64,000 nucleotides of DNA from Gammaproteobacteria bacterium (GCA_049581885.1 JBAUSV010000184.1:2621-66620), one strand, 5' to 3'. Counted from the stretch's first letter, positions 1-9,596 are shown. Made by a program: numbers and translations. Notes: generated from the sequence alone by a model not told the origin.

Positions 1-317
1 ACCCCGGGGCCAGCGAATTCTCGCCGCCTGGTGCGCGTTTTCCCGATGATTATTTCGTGGTGCGCCGGGGCACCCGACTCGCCTGCTTCTCCAACATCTG
101 TACCCACATGCAGCAACCGCTGAACTGGGCACCGAATCGCTTCCTCAACAAAAGCGGGGAATACGTCGTCTGTCCGGCGCACGGCGCGACCTACGATGCG
201 CTCAACGGTGAATGCCGGGGCGGTCCCTGCAACGGGCGCGGGCTGACGAGCTGGCCGGTGCGGATAAGCAATGGCCGCATAATAGTGCGCGTTCCCCCTG
301 CAGAAAAGACACCCTGA
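1..317 (+). CDS. Rieske [2Fe-2S] domain protein, 5' partial
   Basis: The frame is open from base 3 with no stop before 315-317, so the ORF runs off the left edge of the window. The translation carries the Rieske cluster ligand motifs CTH...(17 aa)...CPAHG (C-x-H / C-x-x-H) and a typical FVVRRG beta-strand. Its TGA stop (315-317) is followed one base later by the next gene's ATG (319). Confidence 0.7.
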   Translation, partial: PGASEFSPPGARFPDDYFVVRRGTRLACFSNICTHMQQPLNWAPNRFLNKSGEYVVCPAHGATYDALNGECRGGPCNGRGLTSWPVRISNGRIIVRVPPAEKTP

Positions 318-318
318 C

Positions 319-1521
319 ATGAGCACCGACCCCGCCGAACGTCTCGAACGCTACCGCCCCGAATGCAGCGACGACGGAGTGAACCCGCCGATCTCCGACT
401 CCGCCACATTCGAGTTTCCCGACCCCGACCTGCTCAAGGCGGCTTTCCATGACGAGGCGCCCGGCTGCTTCCTGTACTCGCGCTCAGGCAATGCTTCGAC
501 CCGCATGCTGGCAGGCGCCGTGGCCGCACTGGAAGACAGCGAAGCAGGCCATGTCACGGCTTCCGGCATCAGCGCCATTGCCGTAACACTGCTGCAACTG
601 GCCAGCGCCGGCAACCAGATCGTCGCCAGCCATACGATTTACGGCGGGACCTGGGCGCTGCTTGCAAATCTGCTGCCGCGCTTCGGGATCGAGACCCGGT
701 TCGTGGATACTAACGATATCGACGCGGTTCGTGACGCGATCACGCAGAAAACAGCAGCGATCTACTGCGAAACGCTATCCAATCCGATGCTGCGCATACC
801 CGACCTGCCGGCCCTGGCGGAACTGGCACGCGAGAGCGACGCCACGCTGGTCGTGGACAACACCTTCTCGCCGCTGCTCGTCTCACCACTGGCGCACGGC
901 GCCGACATCGTCGTGCACAGCCTGACCAAGTACATCAACGGAGCGAGCGACTGCGTGGCCGGCGCCATCTGCGCCGACGAAGCCTTCGTCGCCAGCCTGG
1001 GCGACGTGGCCGACGGCCCGGCGATGCTGCTCGGACCGGTGCTTGACAGCCTGCGGGCACAGAGCATCTACAAGAACATGGGAACGCTGGACGTGCGCAT
1101 GACCCGACATTCGCGCAATGCCCTGTTCCTGGCCGAGCGGCTGGCGGGGGAAGGGTTGAGAGTGATTTACCCGGGACTGGAGGCCCACCCCGACCACGAG
1201 CGCTTCGCACGGCTGTCCAACCCGGGTTACGGCCACGGCGGGATGCTCGCGCTCGACGCTGGCAGCGCTGAAACGGCCGATCACCTGGCCCGGCGCCTGC
1301 AGGCGGCCGGCGTGGGCATGCTCGCCGTGAGCCTTGGCTTCTACCGCACGTTGTTCAGCCCATCGGGTTCGAGCACATCCTCGGAAATCCCGCCCGAGAT
1401 GCAGAACCAGATGGGCCTTTCGCCCGGCCTGCTGCGTTTCTCGATTGGCCTCGACGCCAATATCGAAGCCACCTGGGAACGCTTTGCCGGCTGCCTGGCC
1501 GCCGCTGGTCTTCTCACCTGA
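319..1521 (+). CDS. Cys/Met-metabolism PLP-dependent enzyme (cystathionine gamma-synthase / methionine gamma-lyase / O-acylhomoserine sulfhydrylase family)
   Basis: A 400-aa protein with the fold-type I PLP signature, including the conserved HSLTKYINGASD lysine region, and family-wide colinearity. Its start lies 1 bp after the Rieske gene stop. Confidence 0.8.
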   Translation: MSTDPAERLERYRPECSDDGVNPPISDSATFEFPDPDLLKAAFHDEAPGCFLYSRSGNASTRMLAGAVAALEDSEAGHVTASGISAIAVTLLQLASAGNQIVASHTIYGGTWALLANLLPRFGIETRFVDTNDIDAVRDAITQKTAAIYCETLSNPMLRIPDLPALAELARESDATLVVDNTFSPLLVSPLAHGADIVVHSLTKYINGASDCVAGAICADEAFVASLGDVADGPAMLLGPVLDSLRAQSIYKNMGTLDVRMTRHSRNALFLAERLAGEGLRVIYPGLEAHPDHERFARLSNPGYGHGGMLALDAGSAETADHLARRLQAAGVGMLAVSLGFYRTLFSPSGSSTSSEIPPEMQNQMGLSPGLLRFSIGLDANIEATWERFAGCLAAAGLLT

Positions 1522-1550
1522 GAGGTATTAGCACTGGGGATCAGTTCCCG

Positions 1551-1865
1551 TCACAGCCGGTCAATGACGCTCATGGGATCAACCCACTCACCTTCGTCTT
1601 CCGCTATCAAACCGATTCCGGCATCGCTTTTTCCGCCCAGATCCAAGGCGCCTGAATAGTCTTCTGGGGCCGCAACCGGCTGCGCCCCCAGTGTGCTCCA
1701 TTCATCATGACCGAGTTCTTCCAGCGTGCCGTCGAAATACTGGATTTCAATTCCGCCTTCGATGTCCGCAACCTCAGGCTCCATGGCAATCACCACGAAC
1801 GGCTCGCAGTGCGAACCCCGGTACCATTGCCCGATTTCGGGCGCATTCAATCGCATCGGCTCCAT
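1551..1865 (-). CDS. hypothetical acidic protein (104 aa)
   Basis: Clean ORF with a protein-like but highly acidic composition (many D/E residues). I recognise no motif; possibly a conserved DUF. Confidence 0.35.
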   Translation of the reverse strand: MEPMRLNAPEIGQWYRGSHCEPFVVIAMEPEVADIEGGIEIQYFDGTLEELGHDEWSTLGAQPVAAPEDYSGALDLGGKSDAGIGLIAEDEGEWVDPMSVIDRL

Positions 1866-2000
1866 CGCTTACCCCCTGCCTGGTGTGGCTTTGCCAGGGT
1901 CAACAGTAGTATCATGCGCGCCCAAGCGTCTTCATGCGAACGCGCCCTGTTAATACCTTTATAGTCCTTGTGAGACTATTCGGCAAGTCCGGTACCGCTT

Positions 2001-2633
2001 ATGTCGCCACATCAGTGGGTCAACGACCTGATCGTTTTCTTTGTGGTCATCGACCCACCGGGTCTGGCCGCTATGTTTGCCGCGCTTACCCGCGGCGGCG
2101 ACAACGCCTATCGCCGACGCATGGCGATCAAGGCGACGTTGCTCGCGACCGGCATTCTCTACGTCTTCGCCTTCATCGGCGCACGCCTGCTCGAGGCGCT
2201 CGGAGTGAGCGTACCAGCCTTCAAGATCGCCGGCGGCATCCTCTTGTTCCTAGTCGCAATCGACATGATTTTCGCGCGCCAGTCGGGCCTGCGCTCAGCC
2301 ACCGTGCGCGAGCAGGAAGAGGCTCGCTTCAAGGAAGACATCTCGGTGTTCCCACTGGCATTCCCGTTGCTCGCCGGCCCCGGGGCACTGACCACCGTGA
2401 TCCTGCTGGCGGGCAACGCGAGCGGTCACCCGTGGCAGTTTATTTCAGTGCTGGTCATCCTCGGCATTATCCTTGCGCTCGCTTTCATAGCCCTGCTGTC
2501 CAGCGGCTATCTGATGAAGTTGCTCGGCGTCACCGGCGCTAACGTGCTGGGGCGACTATTGGGCGTGGTACTGGCAGCAATGGCGGTGCAGTTCGTGATC
2601 GACGGGCTGCACGCCGTGCTCACACGAACGTAA
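2001..2633 (+). CDS. marC: MarC family (UPF0056) integral membrane protein
   Basis: A 210-aa polytopic membrane protein. The N-terminal VIDPPGLAAMFAAL motif and its length are typical of MarC/UPF0056. Confidence 0.75.
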   Translation: MSPHQWVNDLIVFFVVIDPPGLAAMFAALTRGGDNAYRRRMAIKATLLATGILYVFAFIGARLLEALGVSVPAFKIAGGILLFLVAIDMIFARQSGLRSATVREQEEARFKEDISVFPLAFPLLAGPGALTTVILLAGNASGHPWQFISVLVILGIILALAFIALLSSGYLMKLLGVTGANVLGRLLGVVLAAMAVQFVIDGLHAVLTRT

Positions 2634-2690
2634 GCAGTAAGAAGTGTAGGACGCAACTATAACTGCGCGAATCCGCATTGAGCCTGACAC

Positions 2691-3398
2691 TTAAACTACG
2701 CGCCGGTAGGCCAAATCGAATACCGGATGTCCCTTGCTCCGCCCTCGCTGCTCGAAGCGGGTCACGGGGCGTTCGCCGGGGCGCTCGACATAGGCGCCGC
2801 CGGGAGAAAGATTCTCCAGGTCAGTGCGCGAGTTGAGAATTTCGAGCATCTGCGCGGCATATTCGGGCCAGTCCGTAGCCAGCCTGAATTCCCCGCCGAC
2901 CTCCAGTTTGGCGGTCGCGAGCAACACGAACTCCTGCTGGATCAGGCGCCGCTTGTGATGCCGTTTCTTTGGCCAGGGATCGGGAAAGTAGATCAGAATC
3001 TGCTTCAAGGCGTCGTCGGGGATTTCGTTGCGCAATACTTCGGTCGCATCGCGCGCGGCAATGCGCACGTTTTCCACGCCGTGATCGCGCAGGCGCATCA
3101 GCAAACGACCGATGCCGGGGCGATGCACCTCGACGCCGATGTAATTGCGCTCCGGATGCTCGGCCGCTAGTTGCGCCAGCATCTGGCCGTCGCCGAAGCC
3201 AATTTCCAGCACAGTCTCGGCGCGGCGTCCGAACACCGCAGGCAAATCCACCGCCGCCTCGCTGGCTGGGAATTCAAAGTCCGGCAGGAGATTGTCAATC
3301 GCACGCGACTGTGCGGGCGTCAGGCGTCCCTCCCGGCGCACATAGCTGCGCACCGACCGTTTCCCGGCCCGCGTGGCGACTGCGGATGCCTCACTCAT
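2691..3398 (-). CDS. trmB: tRNA (guanine46-N7)-methyltransferase
   Basis: A 235-aa protein with the SAM-methyltransferase motif [11 protein letters not shown] and the TrmB-typical RNYIGVEVH and PDPWPKKRH motifs. Confidence 0.85.
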   Translation of the reverse strand: MSEASAVATRAGKRSVRSYVRREGRLTPAQSRAIDNLLPDFEFPASEAAVDLPAVFGRRAETVLEIGFGDGQMLAQLAAEHPERNYIGVEVHRPGIGRLLMRLRDHGVENVRIAARDATEVLRNEIPDDALKQILIYFPDPWPKKRHHKRRLIQQEFVLLATAKLEVGGEFRLATDWPEYAAQMLEILNSRTDLENLSPGGAYVERPGERPVTRFEQRGRSKGHPVFDLAYRRVV

Positions 3399-4216
3399 GA
3401 GGCGTCGATCAGTCCAGTCTCAGGCGAGGAAGCGCTGGCATAGCGTTTGCGAGGCATGCGCCCGGCCCGCCAAGCGGCTCGCCCCGCGATAATCGCATGG
3501 CGCATAGCGGTCGCCATGAGGATCGGATCACGCGCCTGGGCGATGGCAGTATTCATGAGTACCCCCTCGCAGCCCAGTTCCATGGCGATGGCGGCATCGG
3601 AGGCGGTGCCCACGCCGGCATCGACCAACACCGGCACCTTGATGCTCTCCACAATCTCGCGCACGTTGTAGCGGTTCTGAATCCCCAAACCGGAGCCGAT
3701 CGGGGCTGCCAGAGGCATCACCGCAACGCAGCCGGCGTCTTCGGCACGGCGCGCCATTAACGGATCGTCGCTCACGTAGGCCATCACCTCGAAACCCTCT
3801 CGCGCCAACAGCTCAGCGGCCTCCAGCGTAGCGATCATGTCGGGGTAAAGCGTGTTCTTGTCGCCGATCACCTCAAGTTTGACGAGCGCCGCCCCGTCCA
3901 GCAACTCGCGCGCGAGCCGCGCTGTGCGCACAGCCTCTTCGACCGTATAGCAGCCCCCCGTGTTGGGCAGAATCGTGTACTGCTCCGGCGGCAACACATC
4001 GAGCAGATTGGGTTCGTCGGGGTTCTGGCCGATGTTGGTACGCCGAATCGCCACGGTGACAATCTCGGCACCCGAGGCATCCACGGCGCGCCGTGTTTCC
4101 TGGAGGTCGCGGTACTTGCCGGTACCCACCAGCAGACGCGAAGCGTAATCGCGGCCGGCAATCGTGAGCGTATCGCTTAAGTCGTGGCGCAACCGTTCTT
4201 CAGCCACACTCATCAT
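3395..4216 (-). CDS. thiG: thiazole synthase
   Basis: A 273-aa protein with ThiG family colinearity ([29 protein letters not shown]). Its stop overlaps the trmB start, and thiS ends 4 bp inside its 5' end. Confidence 0.9.
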   Translation of the reverse strand: MMSVAEERLRHDLSDTLTIAGRDYASRLLVGTGKYRDLQETRRAVDASGAEIVTVAIRRTNIGQNPDEPNLLDVLPPEQYTILPNTGGCYTVEEAVRTARLARELLDGAALVKLEVIGDKNTLYPDMIATLEAAELLAREGFEVMAYVSDDPLMARRAEDAGCVAVMPLAAPIGSGLGIQNRYNVREIVESIKVPVLVDAGVGTASDAAIAMELGCEGVLMNTAIAQARDPILMATAMRHAIIAGRAAWRAGRMPRKRYASASSPETGLIDAS

Positions 4217-4413
4217 CCACCTCCAATGGCGCTGATCAGCTCAACCCGATCACCATCGCCAAGCGGGTATTCGCCGTGCTTGCTCGCCGGCACAATGCGG
4301 CCGTTCACTTCAACCGCAACGCGGCGGCCGACAAGCTCCAACTCGGATACCAATTCGGCGATCGTGGCGCCTTGTGCTAATTCGCGGTCGACGCCGTTAA
4401 GCAGGATTTCCAT
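4213..4413 (-). CDS. thiS: sulfur carrier protein ThiS
   Basis: A 66-aa protein ending in GG, with the MEILLNG start typical of ThiS. It is translationally coupled to thiG. Confidence 0.8.
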   Translation of the reverse strand: MEILLNGVDRELAQGATIAELVSELELVGRRVAVEVNGRIVPASKHGEYPLGDGDRVELISAIGGG

Positions 4414-4563
4414 GTCCGTATTTTATCATTCGACAAACAGCGACACAAGCTGCAGATGATTGATTTTTATGGAAACTTTCAGATAATTATCAACACAAGC
4501 CAGTGATCTCAATTCTACAGCAATGGAACAAATTCCCATGTTGTCTAAAATGACTTTTTTTCA

Positions 4564-5580
4564 TTGCCCGAAACTGCCTCCATGGCCAAGCCTCTCAGCC
4601 CCTCCATTCAATTTGTTACTTTGCAAGCAGCCGAGCGGCTGGCTGCAGACCCGAACGTTCTCGCCCTGGTGCGCTTTGCCCCACCGCGCGATGCAGGCGA
4701 TGGACATTCGCCTTGGCTGGATACCGGGCTCTCGTCGCTCGGCCCCGGCCCCACTCCGGTGCAGTGCTGGCGTGCTGGGGTGCCTGTGCGCCATTTCCGC
4801 GACGGACGCTTCGCCATACACGCCGCTCCCGGGTTGGCATTGCTTGCGGCCACGACGATGGACCAAGGTGCTCCCGGTGCAGCCGCCGAAGATCTGTACA
4901 ACGATTTGATCACTGCTGCGGAGAAGCTGGACTGCCCCCATGTGCTGCGTATCTGGCAGTATCTGCCACGCATTACCGAACCGCTGGGCGAGGAGGATCG
5001 CTACCGAGCCTATTGTGCGGGCCGGCGCCGCGCCTTGATACAACTTGGTCAGCATCGGGATTCAGCCTTGCCTGCAGCCTGCCTGCTGGGCGATCAGGGC
5101 GACTCCATCCTGCTTTATGCCCTGGTGGCCTCAACACCAGGCACACAGGTGGAAAACCCACGTCAGATCAGCGCCTTTCACTATCCACCGCAATACGGCA
5201 AGGCCTCGCCCTCGTTCTCGCGCGCACTGGCCAAGCAATGGCCGGATGGACGGCGCCAGCTTTATATTTCCGGCACGGCCAGCGTAGTCGGGCATGCCAC
5301 GCTGCACGACACGGTGCTCGCGCAAACGCGCGAAACCCTAGCCAACCTTGAGGCCCTGATTACCGCTGGTGTGACCAATGGCGGCCCCGAAGCTTCCGGG
5401 CTAGCAGCCATCAACCCGCTGAAGGTGTATGTGCGTCACCGCGACGATTACCCGATCGTGCGACAGGAATTGAGCGCACGGCTACCGGCGGATCATCCCG
5501 TGCTGTATTTGCAGGCCGATGTGTGCCGACCCGATCTTCTGGTGGAAATCGAAGGTATCGTGAATCAGGGAAACACCTGA
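4564..5580 (+). CDS. FkbO/Hyg5-type chorismatase-like protein with a C-terminal RidA/YjgF-like domain
   Basis: A 338-aa protein. The C-terminal part (YISGTASVVGHATLHDTVLAQTRETLANLEALI ... VEIEGIV) looks like the RidA/YjgF fold, and length and architecture match FkbO/Hyg5/XanB2 chorismatases. The start could be the internal MAKPLS (4582). The assignment comes from recall of family features, not an alignment. Confidence 0.45.
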   Translation: MPETASMAKPLSPSIQFVTLQAAERLAADPNVLALVRFAPPRDAGDGHSPWLDTGLSSLGPGPTPVQCWRAGVPVRHFRDGRFAIHAAPGLALLAATTMDQGAPGAAAEDLYNDLITAAEKLDCPHVLRIWQYLPRITEPLGEEDRYRAYCAGRRRALIQLGQHRDSALPAACLLGDQGDSILLYALVASTPGTQVENPRQISAFHYPPQYGKASPSFSRALAKQWPDGRRQLYISGTASVVGHATLHDTVLAQTRETLANLEALITAGVTNGGPEASGLAAINPLKVYVRHRDDYPIVRQELSARLPADHPVLYLQADVCRPDLLVEIEGIVNQGNT

Positions 5581-5763
5581 TTCCACCATCTTTGGAAATC
5601 GAAGGAACGCAATCCACAAATCAGGGTGACGATATCAATCGAGCCTACACCGATTGATCTGCACCAAGAGCTTAGATCTCCTTTAATTTGTAGGCTCATC
5701 AAACAAATTCCAGCATAGCAACACTCGTCACCCTTGCAGGATAGCGATGTGCAGACGCCCTGA

Positions 5764-7602
5764 TCAGTAGCCGATAACTTCGCCGTCCTTGCGCATCTCG
5801 CTGGCGCCCCAGTACACGTGGTCCTTGGCGTCGTACATGATCGCCTCGTAACCGCCGAAGGCGCCGGTTCCAGGCGTTACCCAATCCACTTTGTAGCCGC
5901 GCTTCTCCAGCTCAGCCCCGAGGGTCTTGTCGAAGCCCGACTCCAGCTCCACCGTGCCGATGCCCTGCGCCGGCAGGCCGGTAGGTGTGGCGCTGCCGAC
6001 ATGCCGCCAGCGCGCGGCGTCCCCGGCTTCCTGAACGTTCATGCCGAAGTCGATCATGTTGGTCAGCACCTGCACGTGACCCTGCGGCTGCATGGAGCCG
6101 CCCATCACTCCGAACGCGAGCCACGGCTCGCCGTTATGCATTACGAAGCCCGGGATGATCGTGTGGAACGGGCGCTTGCGGGCCGCGTACACGTTCGCGG
6201 CACCGCCCTGCAGCGAATACAGCGCGCCGCGGTCCTGGAACATGAAGCCGAGCCCGTCGGCGACCAGGCCCGAGCCCATGCCGGCGTAATTGGACTGGAT
6301 CATCGACACCATCATGCCGCTGCTGTCGGCGGTCTCGAAGTCCGTGGTGTCGCCGTTGAACAAGCGCGGGTCGCCGGGGCCTATGTTCGGGTTGGCGTGA
6401 TTCAGGTTGATCAGCTTGCGGCGCGCGTCGGCGTATTTATCCGACAGCAAGCCCTTCATCGGCACATTGTAAAAACGCGGGTCGGCGTAGTACTTCGCGA
6501 GGTCGGCGAAGGCCAATCGCTTGGCTTCAATCTCCGCGGTCAGCGTATCGACCGTGCCGACGCCCATCTTCTTCAGATCGAAGCCCTTCAGGATGTTGAG
6601 CATCTCGAGCGCCGCAAAGCCCTGGCCGTTCGGCGGCAGCTCGTACACGTCGTATCCGCGGTAGTTGACCGACTGCGGCTGCACCCACGCACCGTGGAAG
6701 TCGGCAAAATCAGAGTAGCGCAGGTCGCCGCCGATGCGTCTGAAGTAATCCGCCATGATGTGCGCAATCTTGCCCTTGTAGAACACGTTGCGTCCGCCTT
6801 TCGCGATCATCGAAAGCGTGTGTGCGAGATCGGGATTGCGGAACACCTCGCCCTGGTATGGTGTGTGGCCGTCGATCAGGTAAGTTTTCTTCGCGTTGGC
6901 GAATTCATTGATCAGGCCGCGGTTCTTCTGGAACGCTTTCCAGTTGCCCTTCCAGTATTTCGATACGATTTCTGTGACCGGAAAACCGACCTTGGCGTAG
7001 TGGATCGCTGGCGCGAGGTCTTCGCTCATCGGTAGCTTGCCGAAGCGCTTGTGCAGCGCGAACCAGGCATCGACCACACCCGGCACCGTAACCGCAAGCG
7101 AGCCGAACAGGGGAATCTGGTCCGAGGGCTTCATGCCCGCCTTCTTGTAGGCGGCCGCCACCTCGGCCCGCATTTTGGCGAGGTCGCGATCCTTTGGCGA
7201 CCAGCCCGAGCCGTTGTAGCCATAGAGCTTGTGGGTCTTCGGGTCGTACACGATGGCGAAAGCGTCGCCGCCGATACCGTTGAGCACCGGCTGCATCAGC
7301 CCGAGTACCGCGTTGGCCGCGATCGCGGCGTCCACCGCGCTGCCGCCTTTCTTCAATATCTCGACGGCGGCGAGCGAGGCGATCGGCTGCTCTGTGGCCG
7401 CCATGCCGTGCTGCGCCAGCACCGGAGAACGCGACGCCCACGGCGCTCCCGCATAACGGTCGCCGCGGCTGATGCCCGCGGCGGAAGCGGTCGTCATGCC
7501 GACAACGCTTGCCACAAGCAGCAAGGCCGCACCGATCGACAACCAGCTGAAAAATGGCATGTTACGAAAGGACTTCGCATGAAAGCCTGACACCTGCTTC
7601 AT
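5764..7602 (-). CDS. ggt: gamma-glutamyltransferase (Ntn-hydrolase)
   Basis: A 612-aa protein with an N-terminal signal/TM segment and a GGT-family body, including the nucleophile region GDTTDFETADSSGMMVSMIQSNY and a C-terminal small subunit. Confidence 0.85.
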   Translation of the reverse strand: MKQVSGFHAKSFRNMPFFSWLSIGAALLLVASVVGMTTASAAGISRGDRYAGAPWASRSPVLAQHGMAATEQPIASLAAVEILKKGGSAVDAAIAANAVLGLMQPVLNGIGGDAFAIVYDPKTHKLYGYNGSGWSPKDRDLAKMRAEVAAAYKKAGMKPSDQIPLFGSLAVTVPGVVDAWFALHKRFGKLPMSEDLAPAIHYAKVGFPVTEIVSKYWKGNWKAFQKNRGLINEFANAKKTYLIDGHTPYQGEVFRNPDLAHTLSMIAKGGRNVFYKGKIAHIMADYFRRIGGDLRYSDFADFHGAWVQPQSVNYRGYDVYELPPNGQGFAALEMLNILKGFDLKKMGVGTVDTLTAEIEAKRLAFADLAKYYADPRFYNVPMKGLLSDKYADARRKLINLNHANPNIGPGDPRLFNGDTTDFETADSSGMMVSMIQSNYAGMGSGLVADGLGFMFQDRGALYSLQGGAANVYAARKRPFHTIIPGFVMHNGEPWLAFGVMGGSMQPQGHVQVLTNMIDFGMNVQEAGDAARWRHVGSATPTGLPAQGIGTVELESGFDKTLGAELEKRGYKVDWVTPGTGAFGGYEAIMYDAKDHVYWGASEMRKDGEVIGY

Positions 7603-7697
7603 CGGCTTTACCCCACATCAAGAGGTTAGGAATACACGGCCAATAGTAGCACCACAAAAGCGCGGCGTCGGTTTTCCGAGACCGAGGTGCCTGATTA

Positions 7698-8254
7698 TTA
7701 ACCGTCTTTTATGATGCGCGCCTTGGACAGCCATTGGATCCACTGTTTTCGGATGGACGCATCCATCGGCGAACTTCGTTTCGTATAGGCGGTCCGGTAA
7801 AGCCCATTGTCTCCGACAAGGAGCAGAGAAATTTCATGCTGGTCGCGATGCCCCGTGCATTTGCGTATTTCCCATTCATAGAGAATGCGTTTCTTGCCGC
7901 TCTTGATTACGCGCCAGTCGACGTTCGGGCACTGCCCTTCAGCGTAGATTTCATGTGATTCATGAACGTCCTGGGTGCCGTAAAGACACTGTCGAAGAAC
8001 TGCAGCGTAATCAGTTGTGTCCAGTCGTTTACAGTTTCAGGCGACCTGACGTACTCCTTGATCCAGCCTGTGCCTTCGGCCTTTCTTGTATAGTCCATCT
8101 TCCAGCCTTTCGGATTTATTGGCACATTGATGGTTTCCCATGGGTTCGTCGCGCAGGCGGCCAGCAACAGCATGGCGAGTGCAGGCCCCACGTATTTCGA
8201 TATCCTTTTCACTCGTGCTTTTCCGGGTGGCAACGCTGATCTGATCATAGGCAA
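7698..8254 (-). pseudogene. lipoprotein gene disrupted by a +1 frameshift (or sequencing error)
   Basis: The 115-aa ORF (7907..8254) has a signal peptide plus lipobox (LLLAAC), then stops at 7907-7909. Hand translation shows the +1 frame stays open from about 8040 to a TAA at 7698-7700. That frame encodes protein-like sequence (...CPNVDWRVIKSGKKRILYEWEIRKCTGHRDQHEISLLLVGDNGLYRTAYTKRSSPMDASIRKQWIQWLSKARIIKDG) with no start codon of its own. GC here (about 50%) is well below the flanks. Confidence 0.45.
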
Positions 8255-8334
8255 TCACAGCCACCTGATATCGCGTTCGACAAACAGACTTGCAGATAAA
8301 ATCCTCACAAGTAAAGGCGTAGTGAGTAGTCACG

Positions 8335-9339
8335 ATGGCCGCGGAACAGAAAACAGGCGCTAACGCACGGGCCGGCAGAGGTCATGCTTCGACTCGACCT
8401 CTGCGTCTGCCTGGCGTCAAAATCCTGCCGGCGCCCGTGCGTGATCATCTGCGCAGTTGGGTGATCAATGTGCTGCGGCGAGACGGGACGGCGCCGGACT
8501 ACGACCTGCCGCTGGGCGATCCGGGCCTGTTCGGGCCGGACACCGTCACCTGGAAGATCCATGCCGATTTCCCCAGCATGATGGCTGGCGGACTCGGCGC
8601 TCTCATGCTGCAGAGTCTGCATCCGCTGGCACTCGCCGGCGTGTGGGATCACTCCGACTTTCGCAACGACACGCTGGCCCGGCTGCGTGGCACCATCACG
8701 TTCGTTGCCCGTACCACCTACGCACCGCGCGCACCGGCCGAGCAGGCCATCGAGCGGGTGCGCGCCATTCACCGCAAGGTGCACGGCGTTGCCTCAGACG
8801 GCCGAGCCTACAGAGCCGAAGACCCGCAACTTCTCAATTGGGTCCATTGCACGGAGGCCTGGAGTTTCCTGCAGGGCTACCAGACGTATTGCCACCATAC
8901 CGTGCCCCGCACATTGCAGGACCGCTATCTCCAGGAAACGGCGCACGTGGCCGAGGCACTCGGCGCCCGCGACGTACCTGAGTCGCTCGCGGAACTGGAG
9001 GCCTATTTCCAGGCCGTGCGTCCGGAGCTCGTCTACGACGAGCGAACTCGTACGGTACTCGGGGTGCTGGACACCATTCATCTGCCGATTCCGTTGTCGG
9101 GTATAAGCCGTGGACTGTTCCTCGGTGCCGGCGCGGCGCTGCTACCGGACTGGGCGCTGGTCCTGATGGAGAAGTCGCGGCGCGAGCGGCTGCGTGATCA
9201 GGTAGCCGCTCGATCACTGAAGATAATTGCACCGAGCATTAGGGACGCAATAGCCGAAGGCGGCCTGGCATGGCGTGCCTGTGCCCGAACCGGTGCCAAT
9301 TACATGGATCTGTTCCGTTGGCCGGAGGGCGAAAACTGA
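8335..9339 (+). CDS. DUF2236 / MpaB-family oxygenase-like protein
   Basis: A 334-aa protein with motifs recalled from the ER-bound-oxygenase MpaB / DUF2236 family (GLFGPDTVTWKIHAD, MMAGGLGALMLQSLHP, RVRAIHRKVHG). The true start may be downstream of the annotated M. Confidence 0.65.
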   Translation: MAAEQKTGANARAGRGHASTRPLRLPGVKILPAPVRDHLRSWVINVLRRDGTAPDYDLPLGDPGLFGPDTVTWKIHADFPSMMAGGLGALMLQSLHPLALAGVWDHSDFRNDTLARLRGTITFVARTTYAPRAPAEQAIERVRAIHRKVHGVASDGRAYRAEDPQLLNWVHCTEAWSFLQGYQTYCHHTVPRTLQDRYLQETAHVAEALGARDVPESLAELEAYFQAVRPELVYDERTRTVLGVLDTIHLPIPLSGISRGLFLGAGAALLPDWALVLMEKSRRERLRDQVAARSLKIIAPSIRDAIAEGGLAWRACARTGANYMDLFRWPEGEN

Positions 9340-9431
9340 TATTTTTCCCGCTCGACTCTCATGAGAAAAAGCAAGGCCAAGCTCTCAATTGTCAGCGGCT
9401 TTTCAGTACAATAGTCGCTCACGACCGCTCG

Positions 9432-9505
9432 GCGGGTGTAGTTCAATGGTAGAACAGGAGCTTCCCAAGCTTCTAACGTGGGTTCGATTCCCATCACCCG
9501 CTCCA
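9432..9505 (+). tRNA. tRNA-Gly (anticodon CCC)
   Basis: Cloverleaf folded by hand. The acceptor stem is GCGGGTG/CACCCGC, the anticodon stem-loop GGAGC-TTCCCAA-GCTTC gives CCC, the T-loop is GGTTCGATTCC, and the 3' CCA is encoded. Confidence 0.85.
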
Positions 9506-9596
9506 TACCGCATCGCTTCAGACTCCCGGTCGGGGCGCTTGTGCGGCGCATAGCATAGGGTTATCGTGAAGCTATCGTCTTCCGAGGCAGCACATC

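Noticed and set aside
4414-4563. Possible TPP riboswitch upstream of thiS-thiG
   Set aside because: I looked for the thi-box core (CTGAGA ... ACCTGATCTGGATAATGCCAGCGTAGGGAA) on the minus strand and found nothing resembling it. The spacer is AT-rich and unstructured, more like a plain divergent promoter.
5818-7035. 405-aa plus-strand ORF
   Set aside because: It is entirely antisense to the well-supported ggt gene. Its composition is Arg/Ala/Val/His-rich and typical of shadow ORFs in high-GC DNA.
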